A DNA stretch of 64,000 nucleotides. Origin: Saprospiraceae bacterium. GTDB lineage: Bacteria > Bacteroidota > Bacteroidia > Chitinophagales > Saprospiraceae. Position numbers and translations under genes: made by a program. This document shows positions 10,694 through 20,186 of this stretch, piece after piece. The stretch is from the NCBI GenBank assembly GCA_045106765.1, contig JBGCFD010000046.1, positions 18,729 through 82,728 of the forward strand, given 5' to 3'. Numbering within the stretch: the stretch's first letter is position 1; every line of letters starts with the position of its first letter. Below the pieces are notes generated by a model. It searched no databases, had not been told where the DNA came from, and saw only the letters and a program-made list of their open reading frames with translations.

Positions 10694-11647
10694 TTATTTA
10701 TTTAGGGAAAATGCCAAATTAATTTCATGCGAACTTCCTACTGCTGGTCCAAAAGTATTGTAAGAATAATCAAATCCATACCCTATTTTAAAAGTATTGT
10801 CCCAACCTAAGTTTTCACCTAAATTAAATCCAGTCTCCAAATGAAAAGTCCCTGCAGTAGAGAGTCCTGTTCCTAACCACATGTTGCTTGGAAACTGGTA
10901 TCGAATATTAAAATCAACTGATACTGGTACATTTGGTGCATATTTTACCCAAATAGAAGGCTCTAAATATCCATCATTATCGAAGTAGTGGTACAATCCA
11001 AGTAGTCCATAAAAATGTTGAATTCTTTTAGTAGAGAAATCTCCATTTTCATCTTTAAAATCCAAATTCAAACCAAACACCTGTGGAACAGAAATTCCTG
11101 TATAAAATAAATCGTCATCTAAAATTCCTGTTTCAATTGTTCTATAAAAATAAACGCCCAATCCTACATCAGGAAATATTTTTGATTGATCTTCCATACT
11201 CACAATGTCACCTGGATCTCTCACAAATAATTCAGAAGAATTCACTCGATATTGAACCACTCCAGCAGTCAAGCCAATCGACAATCCGCCATATTCTATA
11301 TCATCTGATATGATCCCTGCAATTCGACCATAAGCTCCAGTAAACCCAGTTGGTCCAGTTTGATCATTAATTAAATATCCTCCAAACATTAATCCTACTC
11401 CTCCAGCATCCATCACATATTCTCCTCGAATAGTTTGAGTCACCGGATGAGCATCAAATCCAACCCATTGAGTTCGGTAAGAAATACCAAAGGAAAGATT
11501 TTGTTCTGAAGTATGAAAATCACTATTAACCGCAGCAGGATTAAGGAGACCAACATTCTGGCGATATTGAGTAAATAGAGGGATTTGCTGTGCAGATAAT
11601 GCATGGCAGAAAAGAAACAGGGCTACTGTTAGGTATAACCGATTCAT
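10694..11647 (-). CDS. PorP/SprF family T9SS outer-membrane protein
   Basis: The N-terminus SAQQIPLFTQYRQNVGLLNPAAV is the family signature. It looks like a beta-barrel and lies immediately upstream of a type B CTD cargo gene on the same strand. Confidence 0.9.
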   Translation of the reverse strand: MNRLYLTVALFLFCHALSAQQIPLFTQYRQNVGLLNPAAVNSDFHTSEQNLSFGISYRTQWVGFDAHPVTQTIRGEYVMDAGGVGLMFGGYLINDQTGPTGFTGAYGRIAGIISDDIEYGGLSIGLTAGVVQYRVNSSELFVRDPGDIVSMEDQSKIFPDVGLGVYFYRTIETGILDDDLFYTGISVPQVFGLNLDFKDENGDFSTKRIQHFYGLLGLYHYFDNDGYLEPSIWVKYAPNVPVSVDFNIRYQFPSNMWLGTGLSTAGTFHLETGFNLGENLGWDNTFKIGYGFDYSYNTFGPAVGSSHEINLAFSLNK

Positions 11648-11889
11648 GGGGCAAAAATTTGTTTTTATTAATGCGCAAAATTACTTAAAAATACTCGTCA
11701 GGGGTATTTTTATTCGTTAATTTTTTGGATAAAAATTAGCAATTATTGAATGAAAATTCTAGAGAAAATCGTTCTTCAGTAAATCTTTTGGTCTAGCCAA
11801 AACTTGTCGAAGAACTAAGAATGTAAAGCTTGAGATTCAGAAAAAGAGGAAATATATGAATATAAAAAAACAGTAATACAAAGGTAAAA

Positions 11890-11936
11890 AATAGAAATCA
11901 CTTTTTGCATTTTTCAAATACAAAAAGTGATTTCTA
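11890..11936 (-). terminator. Terminator downstream of 11951-13243
   Basis: Perfect 17-bp stem atagaaatcactttttg / caaaaagtgatttctat. Confidence 0.7.
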
Positions 11937-11950
11937 TAAAGTTAAATATT

Positions 11951-13243
11951 TTATTTTTTCACAAATGATTCTGTTTGAATTCCGTCCGCTGTCCTTAAAC
12001 TTAAAAAATAAGTTCCGTCTGAGAATTCACTAAAATCAATTTCGAGTAGTAATTCTTTTTCATTAATTTTTTTGGAAAAAACTGGTTGACCTAAAACATT
12101 CACGATAGAAATTTCAACATCTTCTGCATTCTGTAACAATGCTTTTACGTAAAAATTATCTTCGACTGGATTTGGAAAAACTTGAAATACTTCTAAACCT
12201 TCTGGAGCAGAAACTATACTCGTTGTAGTTTCTCCATTTACATATTCTCCTTCCAAAATATATAACTCATTATCATCTGGGTTTTCCCAAACAATTTGGC
12301 GAGGAGTAAACTGATCACTAAATTTTAATACTTCAGTCTGGGCAATAGGTGCATCAGCTAACGCCTTAAATTTTAAAGTCATCAAAGGACTTCCATCAAC
12401 ATAACCAAGAGAATCTAATGTTTGGTTATAAAATAAATGAGGCAAAAATCCATTTTCTACAAGATCTGAATTTGTTAAAAGATCTTCTAAAATATTATTC
12501 CCTTGAAAATCTATCACTTCCTCCAATTCCAATAAATTAGCATCCCATTCAAATGTCTCTTGAAATCCAATAATGTTGGTAAAATTTAAGGCAGAAAAAA
12601 TAAACTCAACATCGTCTCCTATTTGAAAATATTCATTTGAAATACTCAAAACTGGAGATGGTGCACTAGCTGGTGCAGGCATATAATCTGAACTTATTGC
12701 AGGGTCACCTTTTTTAATCGCAACAAAATCAAGTCCTGTCAAATTATCAGTAACATTGACATCAATCCCAATTGGAAGGGGAAAAACAAATGAATTATAA
12801 TTGGCATCAACAAATGTCCAAGTTGGTAAATTATTATCATCAATATGTAAGGCAAGCTTTGTCATCAAAGCTAAATCATAAGTTGTTACACCTACAGCTG
12901 AATTTAGAGGAGAACTAAGATCCGCTGCATATTTTTGATAAAAATTAAATGAATTTAAATTTAAAATATACCTTCTGGTTTCTATCAAATCCAGTATGGT
13001 TATATCATCAAACTTTTCATACATTCCACTTGGTAATATATTACAAACTGTGTTCAAATCAACATCAGTAAATTCAAAATTCCCGTCTGAATCAGAAGTG
13101 ACTGTTTCAATACAATCTACTTCAATAGCTGGAACAGGATTTTCATTGTGCCTTTTTAGTTTTCCAGAAATACTAAATTGAGCAGATAAAATTGTAGGAA
13201 ATAAAAACATTCCTATCATTAAAAAGAGGTGATTTTTTTTCAT
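11951..13243 (-). CDS. T9SS type A CTD cargo protein with a CarboxypepD_reg-like N-terminus, a degenerate dockerin-like segment and a cohesin-like module
   Basis: Signal peptide. The C-terminus FPNPVEDNFYV...GTYFLSLRTADGIQTESFVKK fits a Por_Secre_tail-type domain. It is a paralog of the next gene. Confidence 0.85.
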   Translation of the reverse strand: MKKNHLFLMIGMFLFPTILSAQFSISGKLKRHNENPVPAIEVDCIETVTSDSDGNFEFTDVDLNTVCNILPSGMYEKFDDITILDLIETRRYILNLNSFNFYQKYAADLSSPLNSAVGVTTYDLALMTKLALHIDDNNLPTWTFVDANYNSFVFPLPIGIDVNVTDNLTGLDFVAIKKGDPAISSDYMPAPASAPSPVLSISNEYFQIGDDVEFIFSALNFTNIIGFQETFEWDANLLELEEVIDFQGNNILEDLLTNSDLVENGFLPHLFYNQTLDSLGYVDGSPLMTLKFKALADAPIAQTEVLKFSDQFTPRQIVWENPDDNELYILEGEYVNGETTTSIVSAPEGLEVFQVFPNPVEDNFYVKALLQNAEDVEISIVNVLGQPVFSKKINEKELLLEIDFSEFSDGTYFLSLRTADGIQTESFVKK

Positions 13244-13278
13244 GGGTATTTAGTTTTAAGTTTTTAAAAATTTGTTTT

Positions 13279-14577
13279 TTATTTCTTTACAAATGATTCT
13301 GTTTGAATTCCATCCGCTTTTTTTAAACTTAAAAAATAAGTTCCTGAGGGAAATTCACTAAATCCAATTTCGAGTAATATTTCCTTTTGATCAAAGTTTT
13401 TAGAAAAAACTGATTGACCTAAAACATTCACGATAGAAATCTCAACATCTTCTGCATCAAGTAACAATGCTTTTACATAAAATTTATCTTCGACTGGATT
13501 CGGAAAAATTTGAAAAGATTCCAACGTTTTTGGAGCATTGGCCATTCCAGTCGTACCTTCTCCATTTATGTATGTTGCATCTACAATAAACAATTCAAGG
13601 TCATCGGGATTTTGCCAAACAACTTGTTTTGCAGTTATTTCATCTGAAAAAAACAATACTTCAGTCATGCTAGGAACATCTGCCAAAGCTTTAAAATTCA
13701 AGGTCATCAATACTTCTCCATCCTGTATTTGAAGAAAATTCATTAAAGACAAAGTGGGAAGTAAGCCTTGAGATATTTCTGCATCATTTATGTTAACATT
13801 TAATCCTGATACACCTTCAACAGACTGAAATTCTAAAACATTAGTATCCCATTTAAAGGTTTGTTGACAACCAGAGATGTTGGAGAAATCTTCCACCGTT
13901 ACTTCAAACTGAACATCATCACCTACTTGAAATGATTCATTAATGATTGTAAAAATTGGAGAAGGAGCAGCCGGTGGTGCAGGCATATAATCTGAACTAA
14001 TCGCAGGATCTCCTCTTTTTATAGCAATAAAATCAACATCAGTAATTGTATCTGTTGCAGTCACATTAATGAAAGTTGGTGGAAAAGTCGTAAATGGAAA
14101 TGAAAAAATAAAATTAGCATACGCAAATATCCAGTTTTCTTGGATGGAAGTTTCATTTATCCGTAACGCTAATTGAAATATTTTGACCATATCAAGTGCA
14201 GTCACGGCAGCAGAATTATTTACATCACAAGCCAACAATTGATGACCAGAAATATTATTAGTTAATTGTAATATAAATTGCTGTAAGACAAGTGCATCCA
14301 AAACGGTCACCTCCTCATATTTATCAAAATTTCCACTTGCAAATACATCACACATGTAATTTAGAGTTATATCTGTAAATTCAAAGTTGCCGTTCACATC
14401 AGTCGTAACTGTTCCATCACAATTTACTTCAATATCTGACAACGGATCACCATTGTGTCTAGTAATTTGTCCTGAGATAGAAACAGTTTGAGAGGTTAGG
14501 ATAGTGGGAAAAAGGAATAATCCCACCACTAGGGTAAGGTAGATTTTTTTCATGATCATGGGTTTTATAGTTTTCAA
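13279..14577 (-). CDS. T9SS type A CTD cargo protein, tandem paralog of 11951-13243
   Basis: Same architecture. Dockerin-like segment ACDVNNSAAVTALDMVKIFQLAL, near-identical CTD and PAISSDYMPAP linker. The start may be the internal MKKIY. Confidence 0.85.
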   Translation of the reverse strand: MKTIKPMIMKKIYLTLVVGLFLFPTILTSQTVSISGQITRHNGDPLSDIEVNCDGTVTTDVNGNFEFTDITLNYMCDVFASGNFDKYEEVTVLDALVLQQFILQLTNNISGHQLLACDVNNSAAVTALDMVKIFQLALRINETSIQENWIFAYANFIFSFPFTTFPPTFINVTATDTITDVDFIAIKRGDPAISSDYMPAPPAAPSPIFTIINESFQVGDDVQFEVTVEDFSNISGCQQTFKWDTNVLEFQSVEGVSGLNVNINDAEISQGLLPTLSLMNFLQIQDGEVLMTLNFKALADVPSMTEVLFFSDEITAKQVVWQNPDDLELFIVDATYINGEGTTGMANAPKTLESFQIFPNPVEDKFYVKALLLDAEDVEISIVNVLGQSVFSKNFDQKEILLEIGFSEFPSGTYFLSLKKADGIQTESFVKK

Positions 14578-14782
14578 TTAAATTTTATACCAATCCACAA
14601 TCCAATATAGAATTATTAGATTCAAGTTGATTTTAAACAAGACATTTTTTGAAAGCCTAACAAAGCAGAAAACGTTAGGTAAAATAAAAGCAGTCGAAAT
14701 TAAACGATTTGGGAGAGAATTAATCTCAATAAATGTACTCTTTTAATCACGGAAAATGAAAAACAAAAACTCTATTAACAAA

Positions 14783-14819
14783 AAAGCGGTCAAAAAGAAT
14801 AATTCTTCTTGACCGCTTT
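14783..14819 (-). terminator. Terminator downstream of 14848-15252
   Basis: aaagcggtcaa / ttgaccgcttt stem with an inner extension, followed by a T-run on the minus strand. Confidence 0.6.
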
Positions 14820-14847
14820 AATTTATATATTTAGAGTAATGACTTTT

Positions 14848-15252
14848 CTATTTAAACTCTTTAATCAGTTCTCCTTCACTTGTTTTTAAGCTAATGAAGT
14901 ATTTTCCTTTTGGAAGATTTGAAAAACCCATTGCAAGATTTAATTCATCAGTTTGAAAAGATTCTTCGTAGATGCTCAATCCTTCTTCATTGTAAATGTG
15001 TAATACAAAAGTTTCCTTTTCTAAAAAAGAAGCAACAACTTTTACATTGTTTGAACTTTCCTGATCTAATAATTCGAATTTCTTTAAAGTGCTCAACTTT
15101 GGATCTCCTTTAGCAGTTTGGAGATCATAATTACCAGTTTCCGCTTCATAATTAAGCGCAATATCATGACTAATATCCATCGAATCTTGAGAAATAAGAA
15201 TTTGCGGAACAAGCATTAATGCCATCGCAAGGTGGAGTATCGATTTCTTCAT
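14848..15252 (-). CDS. Small secreted protein with a T9SS type A-like C-terminal domain
   Basis: I chose the start at MKKSILHLAMALMLVPQILISQ (signal peptide). The 27-aa upstream extension in the ORF track is non-hydrophobic. The C-terminus reads GKYFISLKTSEGELIKEFK. Confidence 0.6.
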   Translation of the reverse strand: MKKSILHLAMALMLVPQILISQDSMDISHDIALNYEAETGNYDLQTAKGDPKLSTLKKFELLDQESSNNVKVVASFLEKETFVLHIYNEEGLSIYEESFQTDELNLAMGFSNLPKGKYFISLKTSEGELIKEFK

Positions 15253-15429
15253 GGGATAAAGTTTTCTAAAAAAATTACTTTTCTGAATGTTTGATATGTG
15301 TTCAAGTACCTCAAATATATGCTTTTTTTTCATAACAAAGGGGATTAAATGTTAAAATTTGACATATATTGATACTATCATAGACGTAAAAACGGTAAAA
15401 CGTCACACGTTTAAACAATGTTCAACTAG

Positions 15430-15630
15430 TCATTTATTTTGAATCGGCTCTTGGTGAGTAGGTTCTATTGGAACCTCTTGGGTAGCGTAACTGTAAATCA
15501 CATAAATTGATAAAACAACGATTACAGCTAATGAAATAAAGGAAAATTTCCATCCCCAAATGTTTCCGAGATATTCTCCATCATCGTATTCATCGAGGAA
15601 ATGAGGCTTTTTGTTTTTATTGTCGCTCAT
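15430..15630 (-). CDS. Small single-pass membrane protein
   Basis: 66 aa: acidic N-terminus, one TM helix (WKFSFISLAVIVVLSIYVIYSY). No recognisable family. Confidence 0.45.
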   Translation of the reverse strand: MSDNKNKKPHFLDEYDDGEYLGNIWGWKFSFISLAVIVVLSIYVIYSYATQEVPIEPTHQEPIQNK

Positions 15631-15709
15631 TCGAATATTTAATTAAATTTAAAAAAAAAGTGAACTTTTGAAGTGCTAAGCAGTTAAATTACTTCTATGA
15701 CATATATTT

Positions 15710-15740
15710 AGCAAAGTTATTTTCTAGGAGCAAAGTTATT
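15710..15740. promoter_or_regulatory. 12-nt direct repeat (agcaaagttatt, two copies, 19-bp register) in the divergent spacer upstream of htrA
   Basis: Exact copies at 15710-15721 and 15729-15740, roughly 110-140 nt upstream of the htrA start. Confidence 0.3.
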
Positions 15741-15851
15741 GAAAATTAAGTCATCCTAATATTGATTCTTTGTTGAATATATAAGATTTCATCCCTATCT
15801 TGGTTTTTATATAAATATTTAAATTTTCCCAACAATTACATTCCTAAAAAT

Positions 15852-17285
15852 ATGAAAAGAACTGGATTTTTAATTTTATTAGTTTCTGTGGTAAGTTCTT
15901 TCTTTACCGTGATGATTTATAAATATTTTGATTCTCCTCAACAAGTCATCATTCGAGAATCCTCTCCTGCCAAATACACCAACTATACTGACCGACTATT
16001 TTCTGATGTTGCCAAACGACAATTTCTCTCCTCTGCACCTACTAATTTTACTTCTGCTGCAGGAGTGGTCACACCAGCTGTAGTTAATATTCGAGCAACC
16101 ACAGAAAATGATTTCGATCTATGGGGCGGCTACGGAGGTTCAACTGGTTCAGGAGTAATTATTTCGCCAGATGGATATATTGTAACGAACAATCATGTGG
16201 TCGAAGATAGCGACGATTTAGAAATTACTTTATTTGATAAAAGAAAAATAGAAGCTAAAGTCATAGGAACTGATCCTTCTACAGATTTGGCATTACTTAA
16301 AATTACCGATGAACGAAATTTTCCTTTTTTACAAATGGGAAACTCTGACTCCCTTTTAGTAGGAGAATGGGTACTTGCTGTTGGAAATCCTTTCAACTTG
16401 GAAAGCACCGTTACTGCTGGAATTATTAGTGCCAAAGGACGAAATATTAATATCCTCGAAGATGATTATTCCATCGAATCGTTTATTCAAACCGATGCTG
16501 CTGTCAACCCTGGTAATAGTGGTGGTGCATTAGTAAATACCAATGGAGAATTAGTCGGAATCAATACTGCAATCATCACTCGATCTGGAAAATATGAAGG
16601 TTACTCATTTGCAATCCCCGTTAATTTGGCACAAAAAATCATTCGAGATTTAAAAGATTTTGGAGTTGTTCAACGTGGATTTCTAGGAATTTTCCCAGAA
16701 GAAATTACAGAAGAAACAGCCGAGAGTTTAGGTTTAGCGTCCTTGAATGGCGCTTACATTTCCAGAGTAAATGGAAATAGTGCAGCTGAAGATGCTGGAC
16801 TAGAAGCGAAAGATGTCATCGTTAGTATCAATGGAAATGATGTGAATTCTGTTCCTGAATTACAAGAACAAGTCGCTCGTTTTAGACCAGGAAATACCAT
16901 CACTATAGAATTTATTCGAGGTGGAAAAAAACGTAAGACGGAAGTAACACTTAAAAATAAAAGTAATACCACTTCATTAATTGGAGCGAGAGATGATGAT
17001 TTGTTGATGCGTTTAGGATTTGAATTAAGAGAGATAACTGATCGAGAAAGAAAGAAATTAAAAATTGGTTCAGGAGTTTATGTAGTGAGTATTTTGCGTG
17101 GAAGTGCCATTGAAAAAACTCAAATGGATCCAGGCTACATCATCACTAAAGTTAATGATAAAAGAGTAAGTTCCGTTGATGAAATTATTACTGAATTTAA
17201 AAATACGAAAGGAACTGTAATGCTTGAAGGATTTTATGAAAATTTCCCAGGTGAGTATTATTATGCTTTCAAAGTAGAGCAGTAG
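15852..17285 (+). CDS. htrA: HtrA/DegP-family periplasmic serine protease with two PDZ domains
   Basis: Trypsin-like core (TNNHV, D-LALLK, GNSGGALVN) followed by two PDZ-like regions, with an N-terminal TM anchor. Confidence 0.93.
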   Translation: MKRTGFLILLVSVVSSFFTVMIYKYFDSPQQVIIRESSPAKYTNYTDRLFSDVAKRQFLSSAPTNFTSAAGVVTPAVVNIRATTENDFDLWGGYGGSTGSGVIISPDGYIVTNNHVVEDSDDLEITLFDKRKIEAKVIGTDPSTDLALLKITDERNFPFLQMGNSDSLLVGEWVLAVGNPFNLESTVTAGIISAKGRNINILEDDYSIESFIQTDAAVNPGNSGGALVNTNGELVGINTAIITRSGKYEGYSFAIPVNLAQKIIRDLKDFGVVQRGFLGIFPEEITEETAESLGLASLNGAYISRVNGNSAAEDAGLEAKDVIVSINGNDVNSVPELQEQVARFRPGNTITIEFIRGGKKRKTEVTLKNKSNTTSLIGARDDDLLMRLGFELREITDRERKKLKIGSGVYVVSILRGSAIEKTQMDPGYIITKVNDKRVSSVDEIITEFKNTKGTVMLEGFYENFPGEYYYAFKVEQ

Positions 17286-17291
17286 TTTTGG

Positions 17292-17363
17292 ACTGTTTTG
17301 ACTGTTTATATTGTTATACTGTTTTAACCAGTAACAATTAAACAGTCAAAACAGTATAACAAT
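17292..17363. terminator. Bidirectional terminator with two mutually exclusive hairpins
   Basis: 17292-17308 pairs perfectly (17 bp) with 17339-17355. Alternatively, 17310-17325 pairs perfectly (16 bp) with 17348-17363. Confidence 0.55.
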
Positions 17364-17367
17364 CTAT

Positions 17368-19170
17368 CTAATTTATCTCTTCCAATATTTCCACTTCGGC
17401 TGCTTCAAAAACTTTTACCTTCAAATTAACCATAAAAATAGATCCGACATTCTCTACCGAAATCAATTCGATATAACCTCCATGATTCGAGACTATTTTA
17501 TTACAAATAGCTAGACCAACTCCTGAACCTTGATATTCAGATTGATTGTGCAATCGTTTAAAAATTTCAAAAATAGTTTTATGGTATTCAGGATTGATTC
17601 CAATTCCATTATCTTCTACTTTAAAAACCAAGTATTCATTTTCTTCAAAAACAGAAATCGTTACTTTCGGCTCGGTTGAATTATTATACTTCAAACCATT
17701 CTCAATTAAATTTTGAAAAAGCTGAACCATTTGATGTTGATTAGCTTCGATAGTTGGTAATTTTCCATACTTGATATGAGCATTTTTTTCCTCCAAATAA
17801 TGCGATAGATTTTTTTCTATTAAAAATAAAATCTGATTCATATCAACAGTTCCTAATTTCACTTCCTCCGATTTCACCAATGAGTACTCCAAAATTTCTT
17901 CAATTAAGTTGTACATACTTTGTGCATTCGATTGAGCAATATTGATGTAATCATTGATGTCTGAATCTGGATTATCTTTTAATTTTCTTTTAAGAAGAGA
18001 TAAAAAACTAGTAACATTCCTCAATGGAGTTTTTAAATCATGAGAAGCAATATAAGCGAATCGTTCTAACTCTTGATTTTTATTTTCCAATTCATCATTA
18101 TAATTTTTCAATTGATTTTCTTTTTCCACCATGAAAGTAATATCCATTGCTACAAAAGAATAACCGGTATGATTTTGCTTTTTAATAACTTTTGAGGTCA
18201 CCAAAAAATAGTTCTTCTCTTCTCCATTCGAGGTTAAATTAAAATAACTTTCCAATTTTCCATCAGGCTCAAGTTGAGCTATTTCTTTCTGAAATTCATA
18301 AAGATCTAATCCCTTAGAATGTTCTAACAATTCAATCATGTCGGCATTTACCTCTTCATTTTGAGGGAATAATATATCTTTGGCCAATTCATTTTTATGC
18401 TTTACAATAAAATTAACATCCGTTATTATCACCAAATTTGAAACAGACGATAAGATATCATCTAGAGCATCATGTGGATTTAATTCAAATAACTTATAAT
18501 TAGAATAAACCCAAGTTAAGACTCCAATTATTAAAACTAGGAAAGGTGAAATTTCAAAACTTGAAGGAGTCGTTTGACTTGGGATGATTAAAAAATTAAC
18601 AAACATAAATGTTGGAATGAGCGTAAAAGCAATCAATAATCCTCGTTTCCATTTTCGTTCTCTCTCTATTTTCGCTTTCCGATAAAAATAAAAACATCCC
18701 CCCATAATGAGAATCACTAATAGAAACCAGGCCATTTTTAAATGAACATAAATGCTATCTTTTTCTAAAATATATTTCCACTTTCCGTCCACTTTTTCTG
18801 GCAAAATTTCAACAGCACCATTCGTAACATAAAGCATGACAATACATGACAAAACTAAACCACTAGCTAATATTTTATTGTATAAAACTTCCCGAGGATT
18901 CTTCTTAAAAGGGCGAGTATAATAGACTACACAAATGCATTCCATGAGTGCGATAAAACTTATCAACCAACTTCTTTGAATATTATAATTTTCTACATCA
19001 TAAAGATGCCGAGCATTAAAAATCGACATTTCTGTAATTACCAACCCTGCACATAATAGCAAGACAACAGTATGGATACGACTAAATATCTTTTTATCTT
19101 GAACCATATAAAGATGTGTAGTCAATACGATCAAAAGTGTAAAAAGACCAATAAAAATAGCATTATTCAT
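17368..19170 (-). CDS. Sensor histidine kinase with a multi-TM N-terminal domain
   Basis: About 7 TM helices, a PAS-like linker, a coiled coil, the H-box FAYIASHDLKTPLRN, and HATPase N/G boxes (DNGIGI, GSGVGLAICNKIV). Confidence 0.9.
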   Translation of the reverse strand: MNNAIFIGLFTLLIVLTTHLYMVQDKKIFSRIHTVVLLLCAGLVITEMSIFNARHLYDVENYNIQRSWLISFIALMECICVVYYTRPFKKNPREVLYNKILASGLVLSCIVMLYVTNGAVEILPEKVDGKWKYILEKDSIYVHLKMAWFLLVILIMGGCFYFYRKAKIERERKWKRGLLIAFTLIPTFMFVNFLIIPSQTTPSSFEISPFLVLIIGVLTWVYSNYKLFELNPHDALDDILSSVSNLVIITDVNFIVKHKNELAKDILFPQNEEVNADMIELLEHSKGLDLYEFQKEIAQLEPDGKLESYFNLTSNGEEKNYFLVTSKVIKKQNHTGYSFVAMDITFMVEKENQLKNYNDELENKNQELERFAYIASHDLKTPLRNVTSFLSLLKRKLKDNPDSDINDYINIAQSNAQSMYNLIEEILEYSLVKSEEVKLGTVDMNQILFLIEKNLSHYLEEKNAHIKYGKLPTIEANQHQMVQLFQNLIENGLKYNNSTEPKVTISVFEENEYLVFKVEDNGIGINPEYHKTIFEIFKRLHNQSEYQGSGVGLAICNKIVSNHGGYIELISVENVGSIFMVNLKVKVFEAAEVEILEEIN

Positions 19171-19450
19171 AATTATAAACTATTGATTTTCAAACAGTTA
19201 TCTAAAAAAATAAATCATGGAGGGAAAAAACAGAAGGGAATTACTTAACAGGTATTGCAATTTCTATGCTCAATTTTTTTATCCTAATTAAGTTCTTAGG
19301 TAAAATATCAGATTTCAAATAATAGCTCAATCATGACGAATATTAAGTCACTCTACTCGCTTACACATACTTCATTTTTCATGAAGGAAAATCCCCCCAT
19401 CTTACGACTGTAAAAACGAAAAACAATTAATTCATCTAAAAAAATCAGTC

Positions 19451-20104
19451 ATGAGAGTATTGTCATTTATTATTATCATTCTTATTTCAAATGCTACTTT
19501 TGCAGCAGATCAACTTGCTATGATCCATCCAAATTTGAAAATCAATGGAGAGGAAGAGTTAATTTCAAAATTGGTTTTTAAAAATAACTTTGTTGATTTA
19601 GGAGAAGCAAAATTTGGAGAAAAATATACCCACTCTTTCGAATTCATCAATGAAGGAAATGCTACTTTGAAAATTGAAAATGCTTTTGCAAAAAGTGATC
19701 ATGCAGAAGTATTTAGTTTTTCTCCAACTATTGAACCTGGCAAATCAGGTTGGATTAGAGTTAGATTTGAATCTAAGCTTTCAATTGGAAAATTTGAAGA
19801 ATACTTTTTTATTCGATCCAATTCAGGTGCTAAAAAAACACTCTCAAGGTTAAAAATAAAATATGAGCTGTTTGAATATTTGGCGATTGGTGGTGATAAT
19901 GTGGAAGCAACAGATCAAATAAATATTCGGGAACAACCTTTATTAAACAGCCCTATAATTTACACATTAACTCAAGGAGAAACTTGCAAAATTATCGGTG
20001 ACGACCTCGGAGATTATGTAGAAAAATTTGATGATTCATTTTGGTTCAAAATAGAATCGGAAGGTCGAGTCGGATGGGTTTTAAGTGCATTAACAGAATT
20101 TTGA
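19451..20104 (+). CDS. Secreted protein with a DUF1573-like beta-sandwich (tentative) and a C-terminal SH3b-like domain
   Basis: Signal peptide, FEFINEGNATLKI motif, and a C-terminal ...WFKIESEGRVGWVLS SH3-like pattern. Confidence 0.7.
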   Translation: MRVLSFIIIILISNATFAADQLAMIHPNLKINGEEELISKLVFKNNFVDLGEAKFGEKYTHSFEFINEGNATLKIENAFAKSDHAEVFSFSPTIEPGKSGWIRVRFESKLSIGKFEEYFFIRSNSGAKKTLSRLKIKYELFEYLAIGGDNVEATDQINIREQPLLNSPIIYTLTQGETCKIIGDDLGDYVEKFDDSFWFKIESEGRVGWVLSALTEF

Positions 20105-20136
20105 TTAGGTGATTAGGTGATTAGGTGATTAGGTGA
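20103..20136. repeat. Octamer tandem repeat (gattaggt x4 plus ga) starting inside the stop codon of the upstream gene
   Basis: Read directly from the sequence. A partial inverted partner, ccttaatcacct, lies at 20166-20177. Confidence 0.9.
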
Positions 20137-20186
20137 ACGAGCTTCCAAATTATTGTTTCGCAAATCCTTAATCACCTGATTAACCA

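Noticed and set aside
14848-15333. The long form (161 aa) of the small T9SS cargo ORF, and similar N-terminal extensions at 60703-60750 and 60932-60958
   Set aside because: In each case an internal Met immediately precedes a signal peptide or the conserved paralogous N-terminus, and the extensions are not hydrophobic or conserved.
20103-20136. A possible CRISPR-like or coding repeat
   Set aside because: There are only four contiguous 8-nt units with no spacers and no cas genes. It is a microsatellite next to a terminator.
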